This document shows positions 23,928 through 37,682 of a stretch of DNA of 64,000 nucleotides, piece after piece (positions within the stretch are counted from its first letter, which is position 1; each line of letters starts with the position of its first letter). The translations under genes were made by a program, and so were the position numbers. Below the pieces are notes generated by a model, which saw only the letters and a program-made list of their open reading frames with translations, made no database searches and was not told the origin of the DNA. This stretch comes from Raillietiella orientalis (lineage: Eukaryota): positions 2,108,001 to 2,172,000 of the forward strand of contig JAYWIR010000004.1 in assembly GCA_036172245.1 (NCBI GenBank). The letters run 5' to 3'.

Positions 23928-26900
23928 AAGCACTCGAGCGAATGGACTATTCCGTTGGGTGAAACGCGCCAGCAGATGAGTTGGTGGTTGGTTCCCTCGC
24001 TGTACTTCGACGGTCACACATCCCATGGTGCGGCGATGCCCTTGCTTTAGTGGTGCCTGCGGTGCCGCGAGAGCGGACACCGCGTGCCATGTTGGGGCAA
24101 CGCGTCACATCCTCGGTTGGAGCACGCGGAAAGAAGTTCCTCCCTCACCAGCGGCTACAGGGTGCTGCGCCTACGTGCTTGGTGGTGGCGCTCAGCTGGA
24201 ACCCAGCTGCGCGCGCGCGCGCAAGACATGCTCGAGGACCTGCTGAGGCGCTTCGCATCAAAGCACGGTCGCCGGCGCTCAACCCTGTGCTGCATCCTCA
24301 ACGGCTCTGCGATTTTCACGTTTGCAGAGAGAATGCATCAGTTGCGTTTGCATTCGATTCTGTACACTTGAACAGGAAATGGTGCCGATGACCACCAAGT
24401 GGCCGTAGCTGATTACAGCAGCGGGAAGGAAGCTCGTTCGCTTCTCTCAGGAAGCATGTGGGAATCACGGCGGGTTGCAGCGGCCACCCAACCCTTTCAA
24501 CCAGGATTCCTGGAGGAGATGTTGTTATTTATTTGTTGTCCTTTCCTTTTACGAATCTGAGACGCCTTCCTATCCGCATGCTGCTTCTCCAAGGGCAGCT
24601 TCTGATTCCATGGATCCGGTAGGAAAAATGCCCTCACTATGGATGTTTTTGTTATCTGCTGTATTGCTTCTCTCATTTTTTCTTCCTTGCTAGCCTCCAC
24701 TGTTTTCCCTTTTCCCATAAGTTTTCGATTTCTTTTCTTGTAACTGCATACTCTAGAAATCCATGGATAGACATATTTTTCGTTTATCTACTTGTAATCT
24801 CTTTGTGCATGGATGATAAGCGGAGGCTCTACTTTAAAGGTGAGCCATCATTTGCATCTTTCATTTTCTTCTTTTGCCTTTTGGGTGTATCAATTTCAGC
24901 ATTCTGAAAATTTCATCTCTTCGGAAGCGGTCCAAAGGCTGCCATTTTGTATATTCGGAGGACTGCATAATCCTGCACAATCTGCACCTGGTTTCTTTTT
25001 GTGCTTTCCTTTTTCCTGGAATTTTCTAAATTGTGAATTTTTCCTCTTTGCCAGATTGAATGGAATCTAAATAGAATAAATTGTTTTGCTGGAATTATTT
25101 GAATAGAGTTCACTCGAATTATTACAGTATTTCAGAACACTTTGCCCTAGCTGTTTATCCTGCAATGAAAGTAACTGTAGGGCGTTAATCTAGGGCGGCT
25201 ATTGTAGTGCATCTTTCAGTGAAAGCAATGATAACTCCCATGACCCATGATTATTCGTTAATCATGGACCATGGGATTCAGTATTTGTTGTTACGAGCTT
25301 TCGGAGAAGGTCATGTTGGTCATGTTGTTTTGATCTTGCACTGACTCAAATCAACCATTCGTGCTGCATCACACAGTTTCAGACTCGGTTTTGGGATAAA
25401 AGCCAAGATAATCAACTAAACTCTTTCTGTTCCAGTCACGCTTTCTGGAAAAGGTATTTCAACTTTCATCTAAAAAGAAAGAAAAAATGCACTGGCTCTT
25501 AAAATTCAGATTCATTTGTATCTGCTTTACCAAAGAGATGATCATGTTTTGTTCTACAAAAGGGATAGATTTTTATCTAGGAGCGGAGTTAAAAGTATTG
25601 AATTTCTTGAATTTCTGTTCCCCCAAAATTACTTGTTTTCATCACGATTAACATCTGTCGATTGCGTTATCTTTATGACTTCAGCGGCTTAACTTTAATA
25701 TAGTTTTCTGGTTGAACAATTTGGTCGCCACGACCAAAGCATCTCGTGCCGCATGCGAGGTCTTCAAAACCAATTTTTCCTGTCTACTCTTTGATTTCCT
25801 TTGCTATTCTGCTTTTTTGGAACTTGGTTCGATTTCTGCGTTGCAGCGCCTTCATTTGAGAAGAAACCTTGGCTGTTTTGCAGAACGTATTCTGTATTCT
25901 TGCGGCGGTGAAGCATTAGATGCTGCCATCCTAGTTACACCGAGTTCTGTTTGAAGACACAAAATAAAATATGAAGGGAAGTATGAAATACATACGGAAG
26001 ATAAGGTAGATCAGTAGAAGACAAGGAAGATCTCAAATGAAGAATAGAACGGCTTCACGGTCGTCAGGTCACAATGGGAGATGGCAGTTCCATCCTGGTT
26101 TAATCCTGACGCTCCCTCTACAAGTCGAACCCTGTCTCCGATATCCAGCAACAGGATCTGTTTCCTCAAAGTTGAGTCTCAGATTTGATTCCAGTCCATA
26201 AAAAGTGGCCTTGCGGAAATGGTTTGTAGGAGGCACTCAATCCCAAATTTATTAATAGGTTTCACGATGGGTCTTTCGGAATATTTAAAGGTTTGTGGGA
26301 AATTTGTAAAGCGAAAAGAATTTAGCCTAAAGCATCACAGTCTCTCTTTTCAACAGACACTAAAGATTAAAGGTAAACATCAAAAGGTGAGATCTCAAAG
26401 AGAATCCAAAAACAAAGCATTCAAAGAAATTAAGAAAATCGTTAATCCTACTTAAGTGATCATATGATAGAATCCGCATAGCATAGACACTCATGATGAG
26501 GATACCGATGAAGTATCACTTACTAACATCTCTTCTTTCTTTCTTTTTTTTTTAAAAAAAAAGACGTTGCAACAAACTGATTGGTTTTCTTCAGCACTGA
26601 CCAGGCTTCATTGAGCATGGTTCAGAAACAAAAGAGTGAATCGATCAGATCAGGAAGCAAAAAAGAGAGAACACTTTTGAAAATGGAATCACAAGGATCG
26701 GAAAATATTGAACATAAAATCGAAAAATATGCCGAGGAAAATATGCTGAGGAAAATATGCTTTCAGAGACGTTCGGATGAAGACGTGGGTCCAATCCCAT
26801 TATGAAATCGTTCAGTAGACACTGAATAGTATGGTTTCCGTTTCTTATGGATTACGTTTGAAATAGTTTAGGAATTCAATCAAATTATGATTAGTATTAC

Positions 26901-27736
26901 GTTCATTTGTTTGCAAGTATGTTTTGAATGTTAACATGAACCAATCTTTGGTTCACAGCTTCCCAAGCAAGTCTCCTTTAGGTCCAACATTGCGCTAAAT
27001 ACTCACGTTGATCTATAATAAGCATAAAACATAACACACGATATGTATGAGCTTAGATATATTTCAGAAAACAGTCTCGTGTTTAGTGAAGACACGTTTA
27101 GATCATTTATTTCGTGTTGCACTCGTGACTTTTTACCAGAGATTGACATTGCATGGATATCTTCAAATTGATGGCTTTTCCCTCTTGTCACAATATCTGT
27201 TCAGAGGTTTTAGAGCATCATCCAAGAAACCTTGCTGTTTCAGTTTTCTCAAACGAAGAAGTAAGGACAACCCCAAATATTCTTTCCAGGAATAATTCAT
27301 GGTCGATGGAAGACCTTCATGAAGTGAAAGAAGAATTCATCTTTTTTTTTTTTTTTTTTTTTTTACAAGAGATAGAGACAAAGTTTCAACCGTGCTTAAT
27401 TTGGAGATATGAACGATTTTAATTCTTAGTTTGCATTAAAATGAGGTGACTTCTACGAATTCTATTTGCATTAAGCATTGCAATGAATTCCCTACACAAT
27501 TCATTGGGTCCGTCTTACACTGAGCGAGTGCGGTGCACACACACATACAAAAAAAAAAAATTCGAATCTTTAGATTAGGGAAGACCTGCAGATGCGAATG
27601 CTGCTCACTTTTCTGATTTTTGTGATCTCAATCATCCTGAAACTAAAGGTAATGATGAACTCTATTTTCAAGATTTGCGCGACACTTTGAAACTTTCCAT
27701 TCGAGTTGTGATTCAATGTACAGATAATGCACTTAC

Positions 27737-28834
27737 CGCTCTCACCTTCGGCAAATACGATTGAGGGCTCCAAAACTTTGTCGTCTTCTGAGGTTGACAT
27801 TCTCTTCTCGCTCTCATCCCTTGTCTCGTTTTTCGTGGCAGGATCACCGGAAATTTCTCCATTTGGGTGCAGGGCAAAGATGGGATCATCAGTTTCTAAT
27901 TCGATTGCCTTCACATGAACTAAATAGGAAAGCAAAGTTCGTGAATTTCATTATCTTCTTGAATACGTAGTCAAATTAATCGCATCAAGCTCATCCCCTT
28001 CCTAAGAAATGTTTGTAACTTCAATCTTATGTTCGACTGTGATGCTTAGATAATGCTTGGATAATCTCTCTGTTTCTGTTTCCTTGCAAAATGTCGGAAA
28101 GAACTGGAATGCTAACGGGCATTTATTGGTTCTGCTACAGTTACAGGGAGTTTGATATCGTTTTGATGGCTGCTGTAACTCTACCAGATGGGTGCTGAGC
28201 TTCACGTGAAAGATGTTGTTGCTCGAGTTTCATGTTTATGGGGAGCCACATCGATTCCTCAAGCAGATTCGCGAATACACGGTGCCATATGAAAATTTAG
28301 TGATGCTCTTGGATGGACACAGTTCCATATCCTTCGGAGGAACATGGGTTTTCTCTTTATGCTTTCTTCAAACGATTGTGGACCAGAGATAAAAAGAAAA
28401 GAAAGCGATTTTCAATTTTTCGCATTCTAAGGTATATTTCAAACGTCAAATGTCTTAATGGACAAAAGCTGAGTAACAAGAAAACAACACTCTGGAGCAT
28501 TGGTTTGTTCCGAAAGCTATATCAAAAAAAATAGAAACAAATTCTTGAATTCATCAAATGTTATTTGATGTATTAGTAATTATTTTACAAAGGGGAAAAT
28601 GTAACCATACACATCACACATTCTGTGATCTGTTATTCTATGATTCTGTTATTTCTGTGATCCACTATTGATAGAAGATGAGATGAATTTATTGGATAAG
28701 AATTAATGAGGAAATTTATTGGGAATTCATAATAAATGTTCTCTGACAAAGGACTGCTTACCAATTCTCATTCTATTTTCAGCTCACCTACCTAATGCAA
28801 TAAACGTGGAAAGAATAAGAGCGAAAGTATCCAT
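27737..28834 (-). CDS. Putative small secreted acidic protein (2 exons identified, 3' end unresolved)
   Basis: Exon 28834-28792 (MDTFALILSTFIAL, donor gtaggt) joins in phase 1 to exon 27919-27737 (acceptor ttcctatttag, donor gtaagt). The product is MDTFALILSTFIALVHVKA-IELETDDPIFALHPNGEISGDPATKNETRDESEKRMSTSEDDKVLEPSIVFAEGES. No homology recognised. Confidence 0.45.
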
Positions 28835-29970
28835 CTTAAGGAAACGAAAGATTCCACTTCCTGAAACAGCACGCATCACTTTTCTAGATGAACGGAAACG
28901 TTGCAAAGCTAAATGATATGGAACCAGGAAAACTCTGGTTTTTGACCATTGAAGAATCAGCAATTCAGTTGGAGTAATCGCTCTTGCACCAATAAACTGA
29001 CATAATTCCAAGTGCTTCATCCCATACATTTGTAAAGCAAGAAATTGGAATGTGAGGCAGAGATGACTACTAAAAACAGCATCAAGAATGTTGGGATGCG
29101 AATGCTCATAAAACCAAAGATTCAAAACAAACGCATAAATCATGATGAGCAACCTCGACCCAAACAACTGGGTCTTCAGTGCTGATGCGGGTAGAAAACG
29201 CTGGTGGTTTGGAGATGTGCCCATATTCGTGGGAGCTTGACCACAGATTTCACGTTTTTTTTTTTTTTCTTTTTTTTTATTTCACTGTGAAATAAGCACT
29301 AGCAAACCAAATGTTTGACTGAAGTGCAGCTTACCCTTTCAGCAGTTCTCTGAACAAAATCCTTTGAACACGTTGCACGCTGTAGCTTGGGAAATCCGAA
29401 TTTCTTGTTTCTGACTTTTTCTATCGCTTTCCAGACTTGTATAATCACCTCCTCAACTCTGCCAAAGTTCCCACGTTTTGAAAACTGGGTTCACTGCAGA
29501 CTCAAAGCTGCCAGCTGACCGAATCAGTCACGAGGCTTTTCCTGACCACCGAATTTCAAAAGAATGTGAGAACGCACTGCTGAAATTCTGAAAGCTCCAA
29601 AGGAGGCACGTGAAAACAGATAAACCTCGACCCAGGGCGAGGCTACGGTACACCGACAGTATTCTGAGTCTCTCTCACTGCAGCACGGTGAAGAAAATTT
29701 CCAAAACGCTTGGTGGCAACACCTGGTGACCACGGCACCGGGAGATCTTTCTTCTGCTGGGACGCAAACCCAACTCGCAGCTCCGCAAAGACACCCCAAC
29801 CGAAGAGACCGGTGGTCTGCCCAGCGAGCAGCGGAGCGCGCGCTTTTGCTTGCCAGGGCTGCGTTTGCACTGAGAGAGCAAAAGTCAAGCGGTTCTGCAA
29901 GACAGAACTCTATAAAACATCTCATTGGACCCTTCGAAATAACGCTGAAAAGGCGCCACAGTGAGCATCC

Positions 29971-29976
29971 AAAAAA
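29971..29976 (-). terminator. RNA polymerase III terminator (T6) of the tRNA-Gly gene
   Basis: TTTTTT lies 4 nt downstream of the discriminator base on the minus strand. Confidence 0.85.
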
Positions 29977-29980
29977 GGCA

Positions 29981-30051
29981 TGCACCGCCCGGGAGTCGAA
30001 CCCGGGTCGCAAAGTTGGGAGCCTTGCATGATACCGCTACACCAGCGGTGC
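29981..30051 (-). tRNA. tRNA-Gly, anticodon CCC
   Basis: GCACCGCTGGTGTAGCGGTATCATGCAAGGCTCCCAACTTTGCGACCCGGGTTCGACTCCCGGGCGGTGCA. Acceptor stem GCACCGC/GCGGTGC, anticodon loop CTCCCAA, T-loop TTCGACT. It closely resembles metazoan tRNA-Gly(CCC). Confidence 0.96.
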
Positions 30052-32489
30052 ACTGCGCTCAGGTTTCTTCCAGCGTGGTTTTAAAATCATAAAAGTTCAC
30101 GTCATGATGCGTGCCTCAAGGGACACTCATTCCGACCCCGTAAATAAATTTGTACAGAACTGTCAGTGACAATGACAAAATTCCAAATTCTTCAATCCAC
30201 TGACGACAGTACACACCAGCATCATCACCGCTTCCGAACGATCGCGAAAGCGTAGATGGAATTTCCATATTCACATCAAACCTTTCATCTCCACGAACCA
30301 CGCGTCTTTTTGACGCCACTCGGAGCAGCATTCAAACTTTCGTTCGTTCAGCAACGGAATTCATCTGCATGATGATAATCACTGACACTTGAATCTGGAC
30401 TCAGAGGCAGATCTCGGGATCCCATAACCTTTCAGTGGTTTGCATCGCGATAAATCATTCGTTTCATCTCTCGTGGTCATTGAAGCTGATCGTTTCCAAA
30501 CAAAAAGTTGTGCAATGATGCTGTAGCACAATTATTCCTTATAAATCCAGGAAAGTGCATCATTCTCCATTCCGCTTTCTTTCAACGTTTGTTCGTTCAA
30601 TTTCTTGATCGCTATTGTTCTCAATGAGAAGGAATAAAAATTTCGATTAATTGAAATATAAATCGGTATTACAGACAGTCAAATTTACTAGTCAGAGCAT
30701 AAAAATTAAACAGTTGATTGAAATGAAAGATTTTCTTCAGAAAAATCAATGTAGATGTGAAAAACTATATATAGTTGAACTTCATTATCATTGATGACTT
30801 TAGAAAGAATAGGAATGTTAATGTATAGCCAACTAAATATTCACAAGTTGAGTATGGAAAATGAGCTAGATTGATGATTCAAATTCGAAAAGTGTTCAGT
30901 GTGGTAAAATTGAATTTGCTATGATTGACTTAAAAGCCAATTTCTTTCTCTTGAATTTTCAGAGATTGCCGTAATGCCAAAAGGAATGGAAATAGTAGTC
31001 TGTTGCTGGATATTATGTTAATCTTAATAAAAAATGCTCATGTGGCTCCCAAACCGAAAATCTCAGGGTTGAACCAACAGATCTTTTTCCTGAAAAGATG
31101 GAACTAATCCAACTGTTTGGAAATTTCCGAGTAGTCTATTCGAAGAAATATCTAAGCTTATATTTAAAATCGGGTAATGACAGCAAATTTATAAAATGAT
31201 CTTCTTTTGATGAGCACATCTTATTTCAAATCTCAGTAGCTATAAAAAGTTGATGCTCGGAATGATGATAAAATGAAGATGAAGCTAGCAGGAATCTTGT
31301 CGTTTGATACAGATTTGCAGACAGGCAAACAGCATGGTTCTTCATTGATTGGGACCTTCAAAATCAAGAAGAATCTCATAAAAAAAAGAAAAGAACAGAA
31401 AAAATCGTCTTTTGGAGAATGAAAACGGCTGGAAGATTGGATCCCATAGTTTAGTGATAGTTTAGATCCCATAGTTTAGTGATAGATCTTTCTAATCAAA
31501 AAGTCATTTAATGTCAATGTATTATTAGAAACAGAAATAAAACGATCTTCTGTAGAGAATCAGGAATAGTCAAAAAAAAAGTTATTGTATCAAGTTCTAG
31601 GTAATGGAGAAATTCTTTTGGCATTCTTAAAACTACAAATTGTCCAACTTAGTAGACAATGGAAGGCAAACCTCTCAACAGGAATGATGAAAGATTTTCG
31701 CAAACCTCTCAACAGGAATGATTGAAAAAAATAGAGCCAAATTTGACTCCAATAAGATTCCAAATAACAATATCCCAATTTCCCGTATAGATCCCAAGAT
31801 ACAAAATAATAGGGAAAATAAGATAGACTTTGTAGAAACTTTTAATACCAGAATTCACTTGTCTAGCTCTTTTTGCCACACAGCTATGCTTAATTTGCTC
31901 CAAATAAAAACTGGATGTCATTTTTAACTTCTACGAACAAAGCACACTGATCCGTCCCAGTCATTTATGAATCTGAAATAACTTGCTTTTGTAGTACTTC
32001 TGTCGTTTCTCAAGAATCCGAGCCACAGGAGATGCCCGCTTGTCTTATGCTCAGAGGCATCGGTGCTTTCTCTCTGCATGGACAAAAACTTCCGGAGATT
32101 ACGCGCGGAAGATTCTGCTTTTGATACCTGAGTGAACCCTAGTTTCGAAAATTTCAGGTTAATTTCAGCCGGTAACATGTGAAATCATTCAAAAACAAGA
32201 TTCAGTAAAGTTGCTAATTTACCATCCATCGATGAGGTATCAATTTCTGAACAAGAGTTTCCTTAGAAAAAATAATGAGGCAAAAACGACACCTACCATT
32301 TACACTGGTATAAATATTTCTGCTAAGCGAAGACATCGGTTATTTTAAAAAACCGTGGTTATTGCACTCGCTACGTTTTCTTAATGAAGTTAGAGTAAAT
32401 GACTTACTGACATGTCATGTGCTACATGCTGCATTGCAGCAAAAAAGAAACTTCATGGACAACTCGGAAGATCACGGATGATGCGACCC

Positions 32490-33190
32490 TGAGTGTCCTA
32501 CCCCAAGGAATTCTACGCTGGGGAGAGCTGCTTGCGATCTCTCCGGAGGACGTGAAGTGACACCTTCCCCCTCAAGTGGCAAGAATTGGTGTTGCATTGG
32601 GGAATCCTATGCAATTCACATCTTAACCATTGGACACGGAGGAGTGTGGACGTTAAATGTGAAAGGTGAGGGGAAAAAGAAACCCTCCTGCACCTGCTGC
32701 TGGACTGTGCTGTCCTCCAATCCCTTTGGGACCTCCTTGCGACTACCTTAGGAATCCCGGTGGGCAGCCTTAGGGACATTTTTAGATGCCTCTTAGTGCA
32801 TGCCACACTGCCACCAGCTGCGTCCCTTGAAGTTCTCTGCTGTCTTCGCGGGATAATGGCGGCCTGGAACGCAGGAAGTGGCCGAAATGAAAGGGACACC
32901 ATCCACTGGGCACGAGTCATGTTGAAGACCGCTACGAGATGGCACCACCTGGTCATCATCATAGGGAACGAACTCGTCAGCATCAAAACTTTGCCACATT
33001 TTTTTGTTTTCGATTTCCTCTTCCCCTTGACTGCCGAAAGGGACCTCGCCAGTCTGCGTACAGGCCTTTGTATTGCTGGACATCAACTTATTCAGGTTCA
33101 TAGCACGTGGTAGAACCAAGTGTTCTACCACAACAATGTATTTTTATTATTTTTTATAATAAGTGCCCGTGCAAAACCCGGTGGAAAACT
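32490..33190 (+). mobile_element. Third 5'-truncated, decayed copy of the Tx1/L1-like family
   Basis: LKWQELVLHWGILCNSHLNHWTRRSVDVKCER*GEKETLLHLLLDCAVLQSLW...CLRGIMAAW is homologous to the other copies. The 3' end reads ccccttgactgccgaaagggacctcgcc ... ataataagtgcccgtgcaaaacccggtggaaaac. The 5' boundary is approximate. Confidence 0.8.
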
Positions 33191-34032
33191 AACATTTTAT
33201 GAGTGATGCCAAGCAAAACAACAAAATATCTCTATCCACAAGTCGGCACTTGAGCCGCAAGTGATCTTTGACTTCAAGAAAGCCGTTTCCGTGGTTGTCC
33301 CTTTTTTTCTTTTTTTAAAGTTTGGCTGATTCTCCCACGAGTCAGCAAAGAAGTTGTTTGCCATCTTTGCAACCACAAGTAATTTTACGCTGGAGACCTT
33401 CACACATCCACAGTGGACATGCAGAATTCGGAAAATTGACATCTTACTTGTCCACAGCATATTCATCTAGAAAAAAAAAAAAAACTTCCGTTGTTCTGAG
33501 AAGATTTGATTATTCGAGCATTTAAATGTTTAATACCAACTAGTACAATTGCCATTCTGGATAGTATGTACTCTTATAAATATATGATTAAGAAAGGAAC
33601 CTTTTTCGCAGGATTTCCTTAAAAAACCTGTTGCAATTACCAAGGTCAGTCATGATAAGACATCCACAGACATGCTTTCCGGTTAAGATGACAGTTTTGC
33701 TGTTCAGCTTTCAAATGACCTCAAGAGCTGCATCGGAATGAGGCATTTACCTTTGAATTTTAGCAATACCTTTATTTTTATTTTATTTTATTTTTTTTTA
33801 GTAATAAGCGATTTTGAAACAGTATTTTTCTTATCATAATTAGGAACCCAAGTAGTTAGGTTATTAAGATGATTGGATAATGAAAATTGGATAATTGGAT
33901 AATTCCATAAAAATGCAAGGTAGTGGCTAGATGTAAACAAAAAGAAGCCTATGGACTCTTCCACTCGACTTATCGACAGTGAGGAGGGCTGAGGACGTGC
34001 AACGTAACGCTGTTTATTTTGAACGAGGTTGG

Positions 34033-34134
34033 TAACACACTACGCCACAAGTTGAGAGGATTGTTTCGTAATTGTGTTCAGAATAAACACAGTTCACGAA
34101 AAACAACCCTCTCATCTTATGACGTAGTGTATTA
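34033..34134. repeat. ~100-nt imperfect hairpin / palindrome
   Basis: taacacactacgccacaagttgagaggattgtttcgtaattgtgtt pairs across the loop cagaata with aacacagttcacgaaaaacaaccctctcatcttatgacgtagtgtatta. Confidence 0.85.
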
Positions 34135-34494
34135 GCACCCCTCGCACGAGCGTGCTGGCGATAGCAGGGTTCGCTGAATTCGCGTTCGTAAACCATCTCT
34201 CGTATGTGGAAAAATATTTCGCAATCAGTGGAATTATCCGTTTAAGCACAGTCCTAATATTGATATTGTAACGAATTTTTGAAACCATGGTGCCAAGGGA
34301 TATTCGTTTCAATCGTGTTGATTCAGTCGGTATGAATGGTGTTCGTAAGATCAAGTTGAATTAAACTTCATTTTTGCCAGTGGAAGTTTGTTTTTATAAC
34401 CGATCCCTAGAAAACCCCGAGTAAGCAGACCGGGCAAAGCAATGGGAATATACGGACTAGTGTTGCAGTGTTCAAGTCTCATGAAATTTGTACA

Positions 34495-35717
34495 ATGAAG
34501 CAATCGAAAAGTCTTATAAATTTGCCAGCAGAATCGATCAGTTCATTCACTAATAAAGCTAGCACTCAAGCCAGTCATGTTGAATCAATGCAAATCAAGA
34601 ATAAGGAGTTGGAAGCAGCAGATGCCCAATGTAACATGCCAATAAAGAAAATCCAGCATAAATGCTACAGTTATGTGGAGGTCTCAGGGCTGGAAGATTG
34701 TGATGCAGCGCATAAATCCAAAATCAAGTTAACATGGAGTCTGTCACCTCATTTGAGCACTTCACTTTTACGGTTGTCTTCATTAATCCTACGGCCATAC
34801 AAAAAAATCATTAAATCACTAAGCTTCACTGAGCTTAGTACATGTTGCTCGTTGTGTCTAAGTACTGTACCCAAGTTCAAACTTCAATTGTGCAATTGTA
34901 ATTGCTGCAAAGCAGTAAGTGAATATTTTTACAAAATTGTATTCTATCCAAAGTAGTGTATGACTGAATATGTTAATCATGAGATTAAAGAAGGAAAAAC
35001 ATTTATGTTTTGTCCATGTTGTTCAGAAGGTCATTTGTTGGATGAAGAGATAAAGGAGCTTACTGATTCCCAATTATGGAATCAGTATTGCCAGCGTCAA
35101 CTTATTCAAAGTAGGTTGTTTGTCTGATTATACTATTTATTCATAGATAACCAGAAATCACAAATGATCCTAATCAAATATGGTGCCCATGGCCTAACTG
35201 CGACACAGCTTGCTTTATTAGTCCAATGTCACGATATTTGCCCATGGCTGTCGAGTGCTCTGTTTGTAAACATCAGTTTTGCTCCTGTTGTAGAAATGAA
35301 TGGCATCCAGCAGAGCTTTGCCGTTTTGATCAGCAACTGTTGAAATTGAATATTAAAAGGTGCCCCAAATGTGAGATTTCTATTGAGAGAATAGATGGCT
35401 GCTCCCAAATTTTATGTTCTCACTGTGGGTATATCTTCTGCTGGAATTGTCTACAGTCTTTAGAAGTGAGTAAAGATCAAAGTTATGTTGAAATCTTTAT
35501 CATAAATATATAATTACAGGGAGATTACTTTCTGAAACATTATGACCAAGGAACATGTAAAGGACAGCTTGGACATTCACAGAGGTCTCTTTTCTGGTAT
35601 CGCATTCAGTTTGTGCTCATCATGTTTGGTATGGGTTTAGCAGTGTTAATTCTATCACCTTTGCTACTACTTGTAGCAAGCTGCTATTGTATTTATTTCA
35701 AATTAAAGAATTCATGA
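34495..35717 (+). CDS. RNF144: RBR (RING1-IBR-RING2) E3 ubiquitin ligase with C-terminal TM helix, RNF144-like
   Basis: Exons 34495-34914, 34957-35110, 35155-35465, 35520-35717 with GT-AG introns of 42, 44 and 54 nt. RING1: CSLCL..CNCNCCKACMTEYV..CPCC. IBR: WCPWPNC..CSVCKHQFCSCCRNEWH..C. RING2: IKRCPKCEISIERIDGCSQILCSHCGYIFCWNC. The tail FLKHYDQGTCKGQLGHSQRSLFWYR plus a TM segment is characteristic of RNF144. The start codon is uncertain. Confidence 0.9.
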
Positions 35718-36866
35718 AACACAATCATTCTTTTCTGAGCATTTTCTAAAGCAACAACCTCACATGTCAACTAATGATTCAGTAATGATGGTAATGTTGT
35801 TCTGCACATTCATTCTGTCAGTCCATTTCATCTACGTATTTGTAAGCTGCACATGCAGTCTACAGATACATAGCTTTGTGATACCATATTTTATTGTTTT
35901 TATTTAATAGAGCTTTTCTGCTTGTAGTATTTCAGAATAATGCAACTAATGCTTAACACAGTTAAAATTATCATAATCAATCCCCCCAATCAGCATCAAG
36001 AAAACTAAAATGATCGACTTCATCTAAAAATACAGCATACTTCATCATACAGCATACTTTTGCTAACCACACTTTTAAGAGACGAATCATGAAGATCTTG
36101 CATACAGATCAACTGAAAATGAAAAACTAAATTTGTCTCAGTGTCTTTCATTTTGATGTTTCATGGTGTCATACAGATTTCAGAAAACATTTTGCAGTTC
36201 CAGGAAAATTATTCAGTGTAATTTCATGGGAGTCCTATGAAATCACCTAATATTTGTTTAGCAAATGTGTTCAAAAATGCCATGATTCGTACTTTTGATT
36301 TTTATTTCTATGTTATTGTTTCAACCCATTACAGTACACACAAAAGCAGTTATTCATGCTGCCACAAGACGGAAGGATGCCTTATGTACGGAAGTTGTTG
36401 TCATTAAGTACAAATGAAACAAACTAAGTTTCATTGCTGTATGGGCAACCACATGATTCTAAAGTTTTTAAAGCCAATATGATTTAGTTCGAACAATTAG
36501 CAAGACACATCGAACAGATGAAAAAAAGAACCAAGAACTTGAAAAAAATGATGGGTGTTGGGGAGACAGTTGGCAAGTCCACAATCTGCATGAGACCATA
36601 TCCAAACAAAGTTTGGATGGACATCCTAACGGATCGTGTTGGGCATGTTCGGTAACTTTTTAAAGTAGATTATAGAGGCAGATTGGACAATCGTGATTAG
36701 TGTTGGCCACTCTTTAAAATATGAAGTCCTTTAAATACCTTCATTTATCCACGAGATTGGGAGGGAAAGGATTACTTTACATTTCCACCCGACGACCCCG
36801 AAAGTTTATTTTATTTTCCAAAGAGTAAAATAAACAAAGTAGGACATGAATCCTATCAGACTTTCT

Positions 36867-37328
36867 GAAACTTCACGAACTCCAATTATTCGTAGAATAA
36901 TACTAGTCGATTCTGTCCAAGACGGACGCTCTCACTACTCCGATAAACCGATGGCCGATGGGAGCTTCCCTTTCAACAGAAAAGCAGTGGAGGCTCTATC
37001 GAAGTCGTTGGGCTACCAGCACTCTCCTGTGGGCTTGTCCTTCGACCGGTAAAGAAAAGCACTTCGTTCATTAATTCGTAGCGGTCATGCTTATTCATAT
37101 GAAATGTTATTAGAGGAACTGGTGGCTTCATCCATTTTGGTGCAGAGTGCCATCAACAGACAGAGATCGTGCCATTTGAAGACAATGCGATGTTCGCCTT
37201 CAAGTTGGATAGGTAAATGTTTTGGTTTACTCTTGGTGTTTTCGTTTCTATGACTTCTGAATTTTGAAGGCTTTCTGAAGCTTGCGCTAACTAACAGTCA
37301 GTGTCCATGGGGGCAAAAATTCCAAATC
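36867..37328 (+). repeat. ~460-bp inverted copy of 41385-41846 (most of exon 5, intron 5, exon 6 and part of intron 6 of the pepsin-like gene)
   Basis: The mirror coordinate sum is 78713. I found one substitution in the ~430-bp core and five near the two ends. Splice sites are retained. Confidence 0.95.
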
Positions 37329-37682
37329 CGAGTATATGAAAGGGCTTTCCGTCAAGGCATGAACCACCGACTCGCAGGTCAGCTACACAAAAGGATAGGG
37401 AGAGTTGAGGGGAAGGCACAATAAATAAATAAGGGAAGGAAGGGAAGATATCGCAGTAAACATCCACCAGGTTTTCTACAGTCTGCCTGCGACGCAAGTG
37501 GCGTGCTTCTTTACTCGTCGCAGATGAGGCTATTTCTCCATTTGCTTTGCATTTTGCAGCTTATTGAACGACTGACGAAGGTGCAGAATGGTACGTTACG
37601 AGGTTACATGCAAACTTGTTCCAGGAAACATGCCAATTCGAATGCAATCCAGATATCATGGAAACACAAAATGGCAATGCAG

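Noticed and set aside
5400..24400. Hundreds of overlapping long ORFs in all six frames (and their mirrors at 44.8-59 kb), suggesting a viral, bacterial or giant-transposon insert
   Set aside because: They are Arg/Pro/Ala/Ser-rich products expected from high GC and few stop codons, with no recognisable domains. The real coding signal is short spliced exons continuing a host gene that starts in AT-rich DNA.
31441..31722. Short direct duplications (atcccatagtttagtgatag x2; aaacctctcaacaggaatgat x2); similar ones near 26725-26760 and 36030-36058
   Set aside because: These are ordinary slippage duplications with only two or three units, not an array and not CRISPR-like.
31590..31930. Possible LINE RT remnant on the minus strand (FPIILYLGI resembling FPIKYLGI)
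   Set aside because: It is a single short motif in AT-rich DNA, which is insufficient.
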